Translations under genes and position numbers: made by a program
Origin: Octopus sinensis
Lineage: Eukaryota
Reading direction: 5' to 3'
NCBI RefSeq assembly: GCF_006345805.1
Contig: NC_042999.1
Coordinates: 48,422,001 to 48,486,000 of the forward strand
Length of the DNA: 64,000 bases
Part shown: in pieces, positions 1 to 12,525 of the stretch
Position numbering within the stretch: the stretch's first letter is position 1
Layout: every line of letters begins with the position of its first letter
Notes under the pieces: generated by a model
Databases searched by the model: none
What the model was told of the DNA's origin: nothing
What the model saw: only the letters and a program-made list of their open reading frames with translations

Positions 1-122
1 CCGCCATTTCAAACAGTTTACCCGCTAAATTTGATAATTTCTGAGTGCTGGTATTGTTTTTCTAACAGAGAACAAACTTACATATCATTTGCATTATCGT
101 TGCCAGCAACAGGTATTTTTAT

Positions 123-223
123 CTCTCACTGTTTAAATGTTTCCCTATCGATATATTTTTCCAACTGAAATTATGTATTTATATCAATTAGCATTTTGTA
201 TACGCTTTCTTTTAAAATATACC
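123..223. repeat. ~100-bp direct repeat, copy 1 (copy 2 at 963-1064)
   Basis: TCTCACTGTTT..TCCCTATCGAT.TATTTTTCC.ACTGAAATTATGTATTTAT.TCAATTAGCATTTTGTATACGCT occurs at both positions with scattered substitutions. Confidence 0.85.
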
Positions 224-962
224 TTTCATAGCTCTCTGAAATAATGTATATTACAATTTTTTCCCTTTTTATCTGTTTCATCTAAATTCCAAATTCGTTC
301 ATTTTCAACCGGTCTCCCCCTCCTTCTCTCATTCTTTCTCTCTCTCACATACTCTCCCTTATTCCCTCTCTCTTTCCCCTCTTTCTATCTCGCTATATAT
401 ATCCCACACAACAGTTTAATAAATTTATGAATTGAATTTACATTTTAACTTTATTACCAACTCACTTCCTTTATTTTCTTTAATTTTTAAACGACTTTTT
501 CTGCATTACTCCATGGCAGCAGAAATTATATCCAAATCTATTCATGAAGTTATAACATGTGCTATTATTCAATTCGTTATTAAATTTTGTATTATAATCT
601 TCGATCGTTTGATTAATAAAATTAACGAGTTTTCTCGACTTCCAAATCCGGCAGTTCACTGTCCAAACATCTTTAAATGTTTATTTACAAACCGATTTCC
701 CTTTCCCAATATAAAATAATTTTATTGTTCAAAAAATTAGCACTTGTCAAATAACGACATAATGCCTGAGCTTCTGTCTAAAATTTCTGGAATGTTCTCA
801 CTTTCAAATACTTTTCATTGTGTTAGTGTGTGTGTGTGTGTATGAGTGTATGTGTATGTATGTTCTCTGTGTCTGTGTGTGCGGGTTCTGTACGCATGTG
901 CTAATATATCAAATACGAAAATTCTTTTAATGAGCTGCAAAACATGAATTTTGACTATATAA

Positions 963-1064
963 TGTCTCACTGTTTATGTATCTCCCTATCGATGTATTTT
1001 TCCGACTGAAATTATGTATTTATGTCAATTAGCATTTTGTATACGCTCCATTTTAAAATACCAT
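963..1064. repeat. ~100-bp direct repeat, copy 2
   Basis: Aligns by eye with 123-223. Confidence 0.85.
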
Positions 1065-1069
1065 ATCTA

Positions 1070-1228
1070 AGAGTTACTGTGTGGTATGTAGCTTACTTAA
1101 CAACCGTACGGTTTCAGATTCAGTCCCACTGCGTGGCACATTGTGCAAGTCTCTTCTACTATAGCCTCGGGCAGACCAATGTCTTGTGAGTGGATTTGGT
1201 AGACGGAAACTGAAAGAAGCCCGTCGTA

Positions 1229-1230
<2 letters not shown>
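1070..1230 (+). mobile_element. tRNA-derived SINE family 1 (CORE-like), 5' half
   Basis: tRNA-like head (..CTGTGTGGT..GGTTTCAGATTCAGTCCC), CORE-like CTGCGTGGCACATTGTGCAAGT, then GTGAGTGGATTTGGTAGACGGAAACTGAAAGAAGCCCGTCG; same body as the intact copy at 18117-18500. Confidence 0.85.
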
Positions 1231-1267
<37 letters not shown>

Positions 1268-1382
1268 TTTGTGCTGAGTTTTTTCTTGAGAACACATTCT
1301 TCGTGGAAAATAGCGATTTTGACGTCTATATCTAGCATACAGACTGTCCACTTTTAGTGGTCACTACTTTAAATTTTGCATG

Positions 1383-1459
<77 letters not shown>

Positions 1460-1499
1460 ATATACACCACACATATATATATATGTATGTATGTATGTA

Positions 1500-1698
1500 T
1501 GTGTCTGTGTCTGTCCACCCAACAACGATTGAGAACCGATGCTGGTGTGTTTACGTCCCGTAATTTAGCTGTTCGGCAAAAGAGGCCGATAGAATAAGTA
1601 CTAGGCTTACAAAGAATAAGTCCTGGGGTCGATTTGCTCGACTAAAGGCGGTGCTCCAGCATAGCCACAGTCAAATGACTGAAACAAGTAAAAGAGTA
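1500..1698 (+). mobile_element. SINE family 1, 3' half
   Basis: GGTGTGTTTACGTCCCG..GTCGATTTGCTCGACTAAAGGCGGTGCTCCAGCAT..CAAATGACTGAAACAAGTAAAAGAG, as in 18300-18500. Confidence 0.9.
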
Positions 1699-2046
1699 AT
1701 CATTGCCCACATTCGCGTTTAAATCGCCTGAAATGAGTTGTTACCAATATGTTGTTGAAACATCTGTAACCAAGGCAAATACGTGATACCAATAAAGCCA
1801 TTTTTTGTTATGTTATACTATGCGACTGACAGTTAAAACCTGGATTGTTCTTGTTTTTTGTTTTTTTTGTTGCTCTTTTTAGTCTGTGTGAAACGAAATC
1901 TTTCCACTGAAGAATTGTATCTTTGCATACATTGTATTAATCCATGTTCGTAGGAGTGGCGACTGCGGTGATAGCTTGGACGTCTAGATCCAATTTCATA
2001 CACGTAGACACTCACACACATACATACACATAACATATATATATAC

Positions 2047-2151
<105 letters not shown>

Positions 2152-2161
2152 TATATAGAAG

Positions 2162-2214
2162 GAGCTTCTACAGGACTAGTACTGTTTCATTCAAGAGAAA
2201 TCTTCAGGAAGCTC
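2162..2214 (-). ncRNA. Type I hammerhead ribozyme motif (mirror copy)
   Basis: Exact reverse complement of 2219-2271; predicted cut after 2169 on the minus strand. Confidence 0.75.
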
Positions 2215-2218
2215 TGAA

Positions 2219-2271
2219 GAGCTTCCTGAAGATTTCTCTTGAATGAAACAGTACTAGTCCTGTAGAAGCTC
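2219..2271 (+). ncRNA. Type I hammerhead ribozyme motif
   Basis: Stem I GAGCUUC/GAAGCUC; core CUGAAGA (2226-2232); stem II U-UUC[UCUU]GAA-U; GAA; stem III ACAG/CUGU with a loop containing the palindrome ACUAGU; GUA cleavage triplet (cut after 2264). Position 10.1-11.1 is U.U rather than the usual R-Y. Confidence 0.75.
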
Positions 2272-2353
2272 CTTCTATATAATAAATTAATTTTACTCTG
2301 CTATGTATTGAGTACCTTACTTACTGTGGTTAACCCCGAATCAACCCGGGACC

Positions 2354-2399
<46 letters not shown>

Positions 2400-2520
2400 A
2401 TAGTTTTTGTGCTGAGTTTTTTCTTGAGAACACATTCTTCGTGGAAAATAGCGATTTTGACGTCTATATCTAGCATACAGACTGTCCACTTTTAGTGGTC
2501 ACTACTTTAAATTTTGCATG

Positions 2521-2593
<73 letters not shown>

Positions 2594-3195
2594 ATTATAT
2601 ATATATATATACACCACACATATATATATATATGTATGTATGTATGTATGTGTCTGTGTCTGTCCACCCAACAACGATTGAGAACCGATGCTGGTGTGTT
2701 TACGTCCCGTAATTTAGCTGTTCGGCAAAAGAGGCCGATAGAATAAGTACTAGGCTTACAAAGAATAAGTCCTGGGGTCGATTTGCTCGACTAAAGGCGG
2801 TGCTCCAGCATAGCCACAGTCAAATGACTGAAACAAGTAAAAGAGTAATCATTGCCCACATTCGCGTTTAAATCGCCTGAAATGAGTTGTTACCAATATG
2901 TTGTTGAAACATCTGTAACCAAGGCAAATACGTGATACCAATAAAGCCATTTTTTGTTATGTTATACTATGCGACTGACAGTTAAAACCTGGATTGTTCT
3001 TGTTTTTTGTTTTTTTTGTTGCTCTTTTTAGTCTGTGTGAAACGAAATCTTTCCACTGAAGAATTGTATCTTTGCATACATTGTATTAATCCATGTTCGT
3101 AGGAGTGGCGACTGCGGTGATAGCTTGGACGTCTAGATCCAATTTCATACACGTAGACACTCACACATACATACACATAACATATATATATATAC

Positions 3196-3296
<101 letters not shown>

Positions 3297-3316
3297 ATAT
3301 ATTTATTATATAGAAG

Positions 3317-3369
3317 GAGCTTCTACAGGACTAGTACTGTTTCATTCAAGAGAAATCTTCAGGAAGCTC
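3317..3369 (-). ncRNA. Type I hammerhead ribozyme motif (duplicated mirror copy)
   Basis: Identical to 2162-2214 (offset 1155). Confidence 0.75.
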
Positions 3370-3373
3370 TGAA

Positions 3374-3426
3374 GAGCTTCCTGAAGATTTCTCTTGAATG
3401 AAACAGTACTAGTCCTGTAGAAGCTC
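3374..3426 (+). ncRNA. Type I hammerhead ribozyme motif (duplicated copy)
   Basis: Identical to 2219-2271 (offset 1155). Confidence 0.75.
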
Positions 3427-3508
3427 CTTCTATATAATAAATTAATTTTACTCTGCTATGTATTGAGTACCTTACTTACTGTGGTTAACCCCGAATCAAC
3501 CCGGGACC

Positions 3509-3556
<48 letters not shown>

Positions 3557-3561
<5 letters not shown>

Positions 3562-3705
3562 AGGGGCGGCTACTAAACACATGGTTCCGGGTTCAGTCCC
3601 ACTGCGTGGAACCTTGGGCAAATGTCTTCTACAATAGCCTCCTACTAGAGCCTCGGGCCGACAAAAGACTTGTGAGTGAAAGAAGCCCATCGTATATATA
3701 TATAT

Positions 3706-3770
<65 letters not shown>

Positions 3771-4035
3771 TATATATATATATATGCGTGTGTGTGTGTG
3801 CATGTATGTATATATGTATGTATATATGTATATGTTTGTGTGTCTGTGTCTGTACCCCCCATCATCGCTTGACAACTGATACTGGTGTGTTTACGTCCCC
3901 GTCACCTAGCGGTTCGGCAAGATAGCCCGATAGAATAAGTACAAGGCTTACAAAGAATAAGTCCTGGAGTAGATTTGCTCGACTAAGGGTGGTGCCCCAG
4001 CATGGTCGCCATCAGATGACTGAAACAAGTAAAAG
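3557..4035 (+). mobile_element. SINE family 1 with expanded internal (TA/TG)n
   Basis: B-box-like GGTTCAGTCCC, CORE-like CTGCGTGGAACCTTGGGCAAATGTCTTC, internal microsatellite, and 3' body ending ATGACTGAAACAAGTAAAAGA. Confidence 0.9.
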
Positions 4036-4559
4036 AAAAAATATATATATTTATATTTGCTTGTGTGTGACTATATGTTTGTGTGAGTTTGTGTGAGTCT
4101 GTGTGTGTGCGTGCGTGTGTGTGTGTGTGTCTGTGTGTGTGTGTGTGTGTGTGCGTGTGTGTGTTTGTGTGTGTGTGTAATGCGACGGAGTCCAAAACAG
4201 AGTTGATCTTTAAATGGAAAGCTATAAAACTAGAATTATTCTAAAGTACCGAACAATTAGTTTCCAATCACCAACGTACATTTCTGTAAGAATACTGTCT
4301 GAATAAATTGTAATTATCAAGCCGTCTCTGACATCTTTAATTAATTTTTAATATCACATCCGTAACGTATCACCTATCCTTATCACGTCTCTAAATTTCA
4401 CACAGTCTATTAGCTATAAATAATAGTGTTTTGTTACGTATGTATGCACATTTATGTAGCATTTAAAAGTGTCACTAATCTTTAGAATAAATAATCCTGC
4501 ATATGTCAAATATCAGAATCACCGAAGAAATTCACTTTCCCATACATCATACACGAGTA

Positions 4560-4668
4560 AGGCGGTGTGCTTATCGGCATTTCGTCCATCTTAGAGTTCT
4601 GGGTCGAAATGCCGCCGAAGTCGACTATGCTTTTCCTTCCACCTGGGTCGATAAATTTAGCACGAGTG
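4560..4668 (+). mobile_element. SINE family 3, degenerate
   Basis: GCTTATCGGCATTTCG..GTTCTGGGTCGAAATGCCGCCGAAGTCGACTATGC..GGGTCGATAAAT aligns to 63891-64000 and to the reverse complement of 5165-5298. Confidence 0.65.
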
Positions 4669-4944
4669 AAAACTCCCTAACCACATCTTCCTCATTTAAC
4701 CGAACGTGTCTAAAGTGCTAGGATTGCAGCAGCATTATATAACCTGCAGAATGCAAATCTGACAACATTTGAAGTATGCTATGTCACCTAATGAGGTTCT
4801 TTTCCATTGTGCGTTGCATCTGATGTCATTCCATAGTCCTACACTAAGTACGGATCAAGGCAGAATGTATTTTAAAAGTTTGTTCAGTTTAGATATCTTC
4901 TATTTTCACTCCGTCTTCCATATCAATCATTTAAAATATATATT

Positions 4945-5103
4945 CTTTTTCTACTCTAGGCTCAAGGCCCGAAATTTGGGGGGCAGTGGCCAGTCGATTA
5001 GATCGACTCATTACGCAACTGGTACATTTTATTGACTCCGAAAGGTTGAAAGGCAGAGTCGACTTCGGTGGGATTTGAAATCAGAACGTAAAAACAAATG
5101 AAA
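4945..5103 (-). mobile_element. SINE family 3 (5'-truncated)
   Basis: AACTGGTACATTTTATTGACTCCGAAAGGTTGAAAGGCAGAGTCGACTTCGG..GAAATCAGAACGTA. Confidence 0.8.
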
Positions 5104-5298
5104 TACCTATTTCTTTACTACCCACAAGGGGCCAAACACAGAGGGGACAAACAAGGACAGACAAACGGATGAAGTCGATTACATCGACCCCAGTGCGTAA
5201 CTGGTACTTAATTTATCGACCCCGAAAGGATGAAAGGCAAAGTCGACCACTAAGCATTTCGCCCGGCGTGCTAACGTTTGTGCCAGCTCCCCTCCTTA
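5104..5298 (-). mobile_element. SINE family 3 (internally deleted)
   Basis: GTCGATTACATCGACCCCAGTGCGTAACTGGTACTTAATTTATCGACCCCGAAAGGATGAAAGGCAAAGTCGAC..AAGCATTTCGCCCGGCGTGCTAACG. Confidence 0.85.
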
Positions 5299-5317
5299 AA
5301 ATATATATATTCCACAC

Positions 5318-5742
5318 AGGCGCAGGCGTGGCTGTGTGGCAAGAGGATTGCTTCCCAACGACATGGTTCCACGTTCAATCCTACTGCACTGCACCTTGAG
5401 AAAGTGTTTTCTACAGTCTCGGGCCGACCAGATCCTTGTGAATGGATTTGCTAGACGGAAACTGGAAGAAGCCCATCGTATATGTGTGTGTGTGTGTGAA
5501 CATACATATACATACATATATGTGTGTGTCTGTCTGTTTGTCCCCACCATCACTTGACAAACGATGTTGGTGTGTTTACATCTCCGTAACTTAGCGGTTC
5601 TGCAAAAGAGACCTACAGAGTAAGTACTATGCTCACAAACAATAAGTGCCGGGGTCGACTAAAGTCGATTTTGCTCGACTAAAGGCGGTTCTCCAGCATG
5701 GCCACCGTCAAATGACAAAAATAAGTAATAGAGTAAAGAGTT
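5318..5742 (+). mobile_element. SINE family 1, near full length
   Basis: GGCGCAGGCGTGGCTGTGTGG head (A-box-like), GTTCAATCC B-box-like, internal microsatellite, canonical 3' body. Confidence 0.9.
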
Positions 5743-7712
5743 ATAAATTAAATGTGTGTTAGCCCTAATGTACATAATATCACCATCGTATGAACCACTC
5801 TTTGAAACTGTAGTGTAGAGTTTTCTTGAAATGTGGCTAATATTTATATCAAGCATAATGAACTTCGTTCTCGGTAAGTTTATTCCACGTCTACTCATGC
5901 ATTTCTACTTTACCCAACACTCCTTTCATCAACATTCTTTGCTCTAACCTCAAGATCATGCACTGCTTACTATTCTCTGTCCTTCCGACTAAAACTTCGA
6001 CCCTCCATGCTTATATATCTCTAGTCTTAATTATCAAAATCGCGAGATTAGCAGGATGTGAAAGGACATGAATAACTCTAATCTTTGGAAGTAAAGGATA
6101 TTGTGCTGCATGAGTTGTTTTCCATCATATCAGGCACTCCCGACTCATCCCTTGCACCAGCAACATCTCACGCGACAGTTGATTTTACATATTTCATGTT
6201 TCGTTGACGTAGATTAAAGTAGCAGCATTGAAGCCAACCGCTTTCTAGTGATTGACTTTTCAATGCAACGTGAAATCAAACAACATACTTCCTTGAATGC
6301 GGAATTGCAGGCATCAGTGACATAGAAGATGCTTATTATAGAAAAGATATATATCATCGAGCTAAGATTTAATCTGAGACACTCGTACATACCTAAGCCA
6401 TTCAATATTACGCAATGCCTGTCATTATATCTGAACTCTAATAATTAAGTAAAGTAGGTATGACCTTCTGAATTGAAGTATTTCAGTATTGACTCTTGCA
6501 CGCAATATAAACAAACACTACACATGCGTTTCAAAGTATTATGTAGTAATCTCCTCTGCACTGAAATATTATAGGTAAATCTATTTCTATAAGGTTTACA
6601 AGATTCAGATAATTGTTGAAGAAGAATTTTAAATGGATACATACTAAATTAGGCGCAAATATACTTGAGTAACGAGTGTTAGTCTCTCAACGTATTGTCT
6701 GAAACAAACTGGAGAAAAGACGAAAAGTAGATGAATTGAAGTAAATTGATTGTAAAATAGACTGTGATATCTGCCTGTAAGTTTAACTATACAGTTAAAA
6801 TTCTTCAAATATTCGGACGTATGACTTACGAATGTTGCAAACAGTCACTATTATAGCCGAATGTATATAACGACCTGTGTGACGGTACATATAGATGAGT
6901 GAGTTTGTTTTAGGCAACTCAACGCTGAATGTCGCTTAAATTTTAAAAATTACGTTAGCTTGAAACAACACAGAGATAGGCATGGATGCGTGTAGTAAGG
7001 GACTTGCGCATCTCCACATATTACCTATTACACCACTCTTCCTTCACCTCTTACTTTTTTCATCTGATTATTCTTAGTAGCAGCAGGTTATAGTACTGGC
7101 AGCGTCATCAGTACCAGTAGTATTACAAGCACCATCAGGATGATTTCATTGTACAAGTTTGGTATGAGCGTAAAACAACCAAAGTTACTGTATATACATA
7201 CAAAATATTTCATTGATAAATCATTTGGTTTATTGACATATTTTCAAACTATATTTCTTTTTACTCTATTTTAGTCTTGTTTAATCATCAATATTCTTCT
7301 AGATTACTCTGGACAATGTTAGGTACGACTTCCGAACTAATCGATAGTGAATACTCTCTCGTGCCTGGGTCACTGCTTCCGTAACTGAAGAGGACAAAAT
7401 CCTGACATATCAGAACCTGACAGTGAACTAACTCTTCCAGCTCTTCGTATTTTATACGTTCAAATGAACCGAGCCACGTTGGCAGCTCGCCCCACCGACG
7501 TGTCAGCTGATGCCCGTGAGAGGACTTGGCCTTTTCAAAATCCTTAGCCTCGCCATCGCTAGTGATAATGCTACGAGTGTGTTGGATTGATTCCGTAGTT
7601 TCCGTTAAACCTTTTATGCGACCAATTGAAGCATTTGGTGATGCATTGATGTTTTCTTTTCTTTCTCCCTTGTTTTTGCTTTTTCTTTTCTTTGTGTTTC
7701 TTTTGTATTATA

Positions 7713-9219
7713 TACTGAACTACAAAAGAAGAGCTGCACTGTAAAACATTATTTGTTTCACAAATGATATTGTGATTATATGGATTTTATCACATTTCTC
7801 GTCAATTTGACATCAGGAAGATGTCACTGATCAACAACACCACTCCCATTTGAAAACACAAGGATTTCAGTTAGGGTTCGACCTTGCTAACTTTTCGTGT
7901 ACATGGGAATGCTCACGAACACATTTTTATGAAAACACGATGCACATGCAAAATCGTAGTGTTATTGGGTATAAAGGTTATCCAAATTCACTTGCATGCC
8001 ATTTGTTTTCCGTACTCGGCCAAGTCTGACACGAAATCAGAGGGAGAACTCATTTGAAGTCTCCATACTAATCAACGTCCATGGGTCAATGCGAATGCTT
8101 TGAATTGCAGTATTCGGACAATTAAACGCCCGCGGGAACGACAATTACACGCCACAAAACTGCACGGATGATCGTCCACGCAACGGTGGACTGAGGTTTA
8201 CAACGGTACATCAAGATCGCCACCTCCACAGACAGTACTTGCAGGCTCAATTCTGGAGGGCAACAGAAGCAGCTAAGTAGACCAAAGGGAATCACCCCAG
8301 ACCCATTTGTGCAGAGATAGATCGCCGCTGGCTGCGATATTTCAATCTGTATTCTCAACGTCTGGCTAGGGGATCCATCCTCACCGATCATCATAGACAG
8401 ACGGACACATCTGCAGCGGCCTCAACAACGTCAGAACTGGCCATATCAGCAGTGGATGACTGTAGCCTTCTCTGACGGAAATCGATATTGCTTTTCTGTG
8501 GCATATGGCGGAGCTAGGGCTTAGAGAATAGGTGAACATCATGCTGATGGCCGTGTGGTGAAGAGAGTCGCATGAGGAGGACAGAGCATCATGGTATAGT
8601 GCGGGATTGCACTTAACCAAAAACATTTCTCAAGGCCGGGGCAATGCAGCAACCGCTGCTCGCTACATCGACCAAATGATGAAGTGTCACATTTTGTCAT
8701 AATGTTCCCGTCATCGAAATCAAGTGTTCCAACACAACAGCATCCACGCCATAGTATCAGGTTGACATCAGGCTTCCTCAAACAGAATAACGTCGAGACC
8801 TGTCAATGACCTGCCCTGAGTACGGACTTGAACCTCATAGAGCACATGTGAAACGAAATCCAAAGAAGACTAAATGGCATTACTCCAAGGCCGACAACTG
8901 CGGCACAACTCGCTGCAAGTTTTAACAGACCGTGAGCTGCTATCCTCGTAGCCTTCATCACTCGTTTGGTGCATTCAATGTACAGAAGATGCACGGCAGT
9001 AATCAAAACTAACTGGTCAGTCGAGATATTGAGTTCATCTCTTTGGAGCCAGGACACACCGTCATCACGTGACAACCCGTGATGCCAAACCTGTTTCTGA
9101 AAGCGACGTTGTATCACGAGGACCAAACGGTTTCTTAATTAGCACCCTGTAATTTATGCACTCTGTTAATAAACATGTTCTATTTAGTATGTGTCCCACA
9201 TTTCTTTTGTGGTTCAGTA
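7713..9219 (+). mobile_element. Full-length decayed Tc1-family DNA transposon (~1.5 kb)
   Basis: Terminal inverted repeats TACTGAACTACAAAAGAA / TTCTTTTGTGGTTCAGTA (1 mismatch), TA target-site duplication (TSD) at 7711-7712 and 9220-9221, internal transposase remnant. Confidence 0.9.
8081..9032 (+). pseudogene. Tc1 (DDE-type) transposase pseudogene
   Basis: Manual translation gives WMTVAFSDGNRYC (cf. W..VLFSDESRF), GGQSIMV*CGI, VFQHNS (cf. FQHDN), *PALSTDLNLIEHM* (cf. WPA.SPDLNPIEH.W) and RRCTAVI; multiple stops and frameshifts. Confidence 0.88.
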
Positions 9220-10319
9220 TATATGTATCATATACATATGTATTATATATGTAATAAAACTTTTTCACAACGAAATACATTTCGCACCGTTCTAAGACTT
9301 TTTCTAATGCCATACCCTTAACATAGCTCTAATAACAACATATAAGTACTACACAGATCAGATTTGATATTAGAACACATACACAAAAGGATCATATTCA
9401 TCGTTCTTTTCTAAATCAGTGGCGGTTTGAGAACACGTAAGACCAATATCATTAACTTACGGCCATATATATGTCTGCAACATTACATACATACATAGTT
9501 CCATGCATATTACCATAAGCACTTATAATAGAAATTGTGGTTAAATACGAAGAATAAATACCACTGGATATAAGTCATTTACAGTATTCTTTTTTTTATT
9601 TATTACAGTAATTGAAACTTTCGCTTAACATAAAATGAATTTACCGAGACTACATAATGACAACATTGTTTTTGCCAGCTTAGAGTTTTTTTAAAAACGT
9701 GTCGCACAAAGTATTAGGTAAATTCAATTGATAAAATGAAGTACCAACTAATGTAATATAGCCGTAGGAGAATGAAGAGATTTTAATGCTCTTCGGTTTT
9801 ACTGCAAATGTAAGAAAATGAAATGTGGAAGAATGTATTCATTTGTTGATTAACGTTTAGCTTGTATTTTTTCAGCTTCTATTTTCTTCCTTGATAAAAC
9901 CTATTTGCAAATGGAAAATAATATATTGCTTCGATTAATTTATACTCGATGTATTAAGAAGATGGCATTTTTCTGTAATTTGATAACAGAGATTGGACTT
10001 TCTTTCCCCACCTTTTTTGTTCAATATATATAAACCTCTTTTCCGTTTTATAAAAAAGTTAAACAATATGTTCAAATGCATTAAACTAAAACAAATAACA
10101 AATCATCGCAGAATAATGTCGCATCAGAAACCAAATAAATTACGTATGCAATGCTAAATATTTAAAATTTGTCTCAATCCTCTTAAAGAAACTTGTGTTC
10201 AGAGAACCGAATAAAAACGTTTATATTTTCAAGTTGCTGTTTTCAAAATAAGTAGAAGTTCGCTTTTATAAATCCTTTATTTATAACATGTAAAGTAAAC
10301 AAATAAATGCGCCTTTTTG

Positions 10320-10556
10320 AAGCCTAACCAGGTTCATGGGCCCGGTTTCTCGGTTTCAATGGTATATGTGTTCCCCAGCTGGGCGGGACGCCAGTCCATC
10401 GCAGCGTTACTCATCTTTGCCTGCTGAGTGGACTGGAGCAACGTGAAATGAAGTGATTTTACGCCAGAACAGATCGCGTCGCCCGGTCCAAAAATCGAAA
10501 CCACAATTTTGCGATCATGATGCTGACATCTTAAGCACTAAGCCACGCGCCTCCAC
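10320..10556 (-). mobile_element. tRNA-derived SINE (family 2b)
   Basis: Minus strand: GTGGAGGCGCGTGGCTTAGTG..GGTTTCGATT..GGACCGGGCGACGCG..CTGCGATGGACTGGCGTCCCGCCCAGCTGGGGAAC..GAAACCG; tail shared with 28937-29254. Confidence 0.8.
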
Positions 10557-11986
10557 ATTTATAAGATGTGCAGTATGAATATGTTTAAGGTATCAGAAGG
10601 ATTGTAGTTGAACATAGAAAGCAGTATGAGAGCTTTTAACATGTATAACGCATCACTAAGAACATAATAGTAATATTCAGCTGAAATATTTTTTGTCCAT
10701 GTCGGGAATGGCAGGTAAATCGTGGGTCAATGTAAATTTCAATCACAACTATAAGTTTATACATTTCACTCTAGATTAGATTATATTGGTGTGGAAACCC
10801 TAGATCAAATAGTTAGCTACCTAAGTCGAAGATTTTATAGTCTAGATGCCGTTGAGATTTTATGATCCACTTGCCGTTATCATTAGTTCAATTTGCTTGA
10901 TTTCATTCGACTTTACTGACTTTAATAACTAATTAAGTTGGATTGATGAATTATGATAACATCGCTGATTTGGTATCCAGCAGACTTACTTTACCCCCAC
11001 TTCAACACGTCCTGTTCTTTAGTTAGACTTCGGCAAGTTTCTTTTGTACAGGGTCTCCTGCTTGTGATATTTCCCACCAGTCGCATAGACCCTGAAAATG
11101 AAATGCGTGCATTGCTCTTTCCTTCTTGATAGCCTGGACAAAATTGATCAAAAATTAAAGAAAAGTTTGAGGGGTCTCCTAGCAAAATATATTACTCACC
11201 TAGACAGTTATCAATTTAATCTATATTTTCCATGCTCATCTATGAAATCAGCAGGATTATTAAAATACTTACACAATTTTGTTTGGCTTTCTAAATTATT
11301 TATTTCTGAATCACATCATATTCATCGTTCAGTGCCCTACATCTGTTGTCATATCTAATTCATGAAATTGAGAACCTTAACAAATAATCAAAATAGATGT
11401 ATGATTTAGGCGTATAATATTAAGTGGTCAAGAATTTTAATCAGTTACATACTTTCATATCTTTAATGACTTGAAAGGAGACATTTTGAAATTTAAAAAT
11501 AAAAATATTTACTAGAAACATTTTCACTAACTGAATAATCGCCAATTTCTTATTGAAAATGATAGAAATGTAACAGTTTCACACACAAATGAGCATGGTG
11601 TGAGTCGTGATATTAGATAATATAAAATATTATAATGGATTATTGTGGTCAAATTCAAGGAAAAGACACAAGTCATTTCCGATATCGGAAACAGTTTAAA
11701 TGTTATGATTGAAAACATTAAGCTAGCTGTGTAACATTATCGAGCAACTCATTTCACTAATGTAATCTTATTTTTTTCTTTATCTCATACGTCAGAGAAA
11801 TGTGTTTTGCTTCATTTATTCAAAATATTTTGATCATAAATGTTATCTTTTCTGGTAATGTTATTGTTTTCTTTTAGTAAATCGTCGTGTCATTCCTGAA
11901 AGTTTCGTTCCTCAAAAATATGTATATTAACTGTCTGTATACGTAATACTCAAATTTTCAATGTATTCTTGTGACTATATATATAT

Positions 11987-12090
<104 letters not shown>

Positions 12091-12100
12091 GTTTGTGTGT

Positions 12101-12160
12101 GTATATCCATAGAAAAACGCACATGCAAAATACATGCATACATACATACATATATATATG

Positions 12161-12237
<77 letters not shown>

Positions 12238-12472
12238 CATATATATACAACTTCAATATCCCTACATATCTCAGATCTATTTTCTTTCCTCCACCACACT
12301 CTCTATTTTGTATCCTATCTAAATTAACTATTACTTAACCATCCTCTCATACCATCTCCGATGAAGGGATAAAAATAATAAATATCCTGGAAACAGCTGT
12401 AAAACCTTCTATCAATAAATGTTCTATCTACACAGCCTTGGTTTTTCATCTCATTATGCAAAAAATTCTTAA

Positions 12473-12525
<53 letters not shown>

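Noticed and set aside
432-760. ORF 432..719 and a minus-strand FYIGKG (LEM-3-like GIY-YIG motif)
   Set aside because: Flanked by stops within a few codons; no further motif match
1906-1945. CTGAAGA followed by a TGTAT/ATACA stem
   Set aside because: No GAAA after the stem and no stem I partner; at most a deleted HHR remnant
2190-2198. TTCAAGAGA (common shRNA loop) plus SpeI/ScaI sites, suggesting a synthetic construct
   Set aside because: The 9-mer lies in the arm rather than the loop of the palindrome and is explained as HHR stem II; the context is native repeats
5900-6180. Possible RTE 3' remnant on minus
   Set aside because: Only faint similarity; cannot support
7428-7443. CTAACTCTTCCAGCTC resembles the 3' part of miR-750 (as recalled)
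   Set aside because: Seed region differs, hairpin pairing is poor, and no miR-1175-like neighbour is visible
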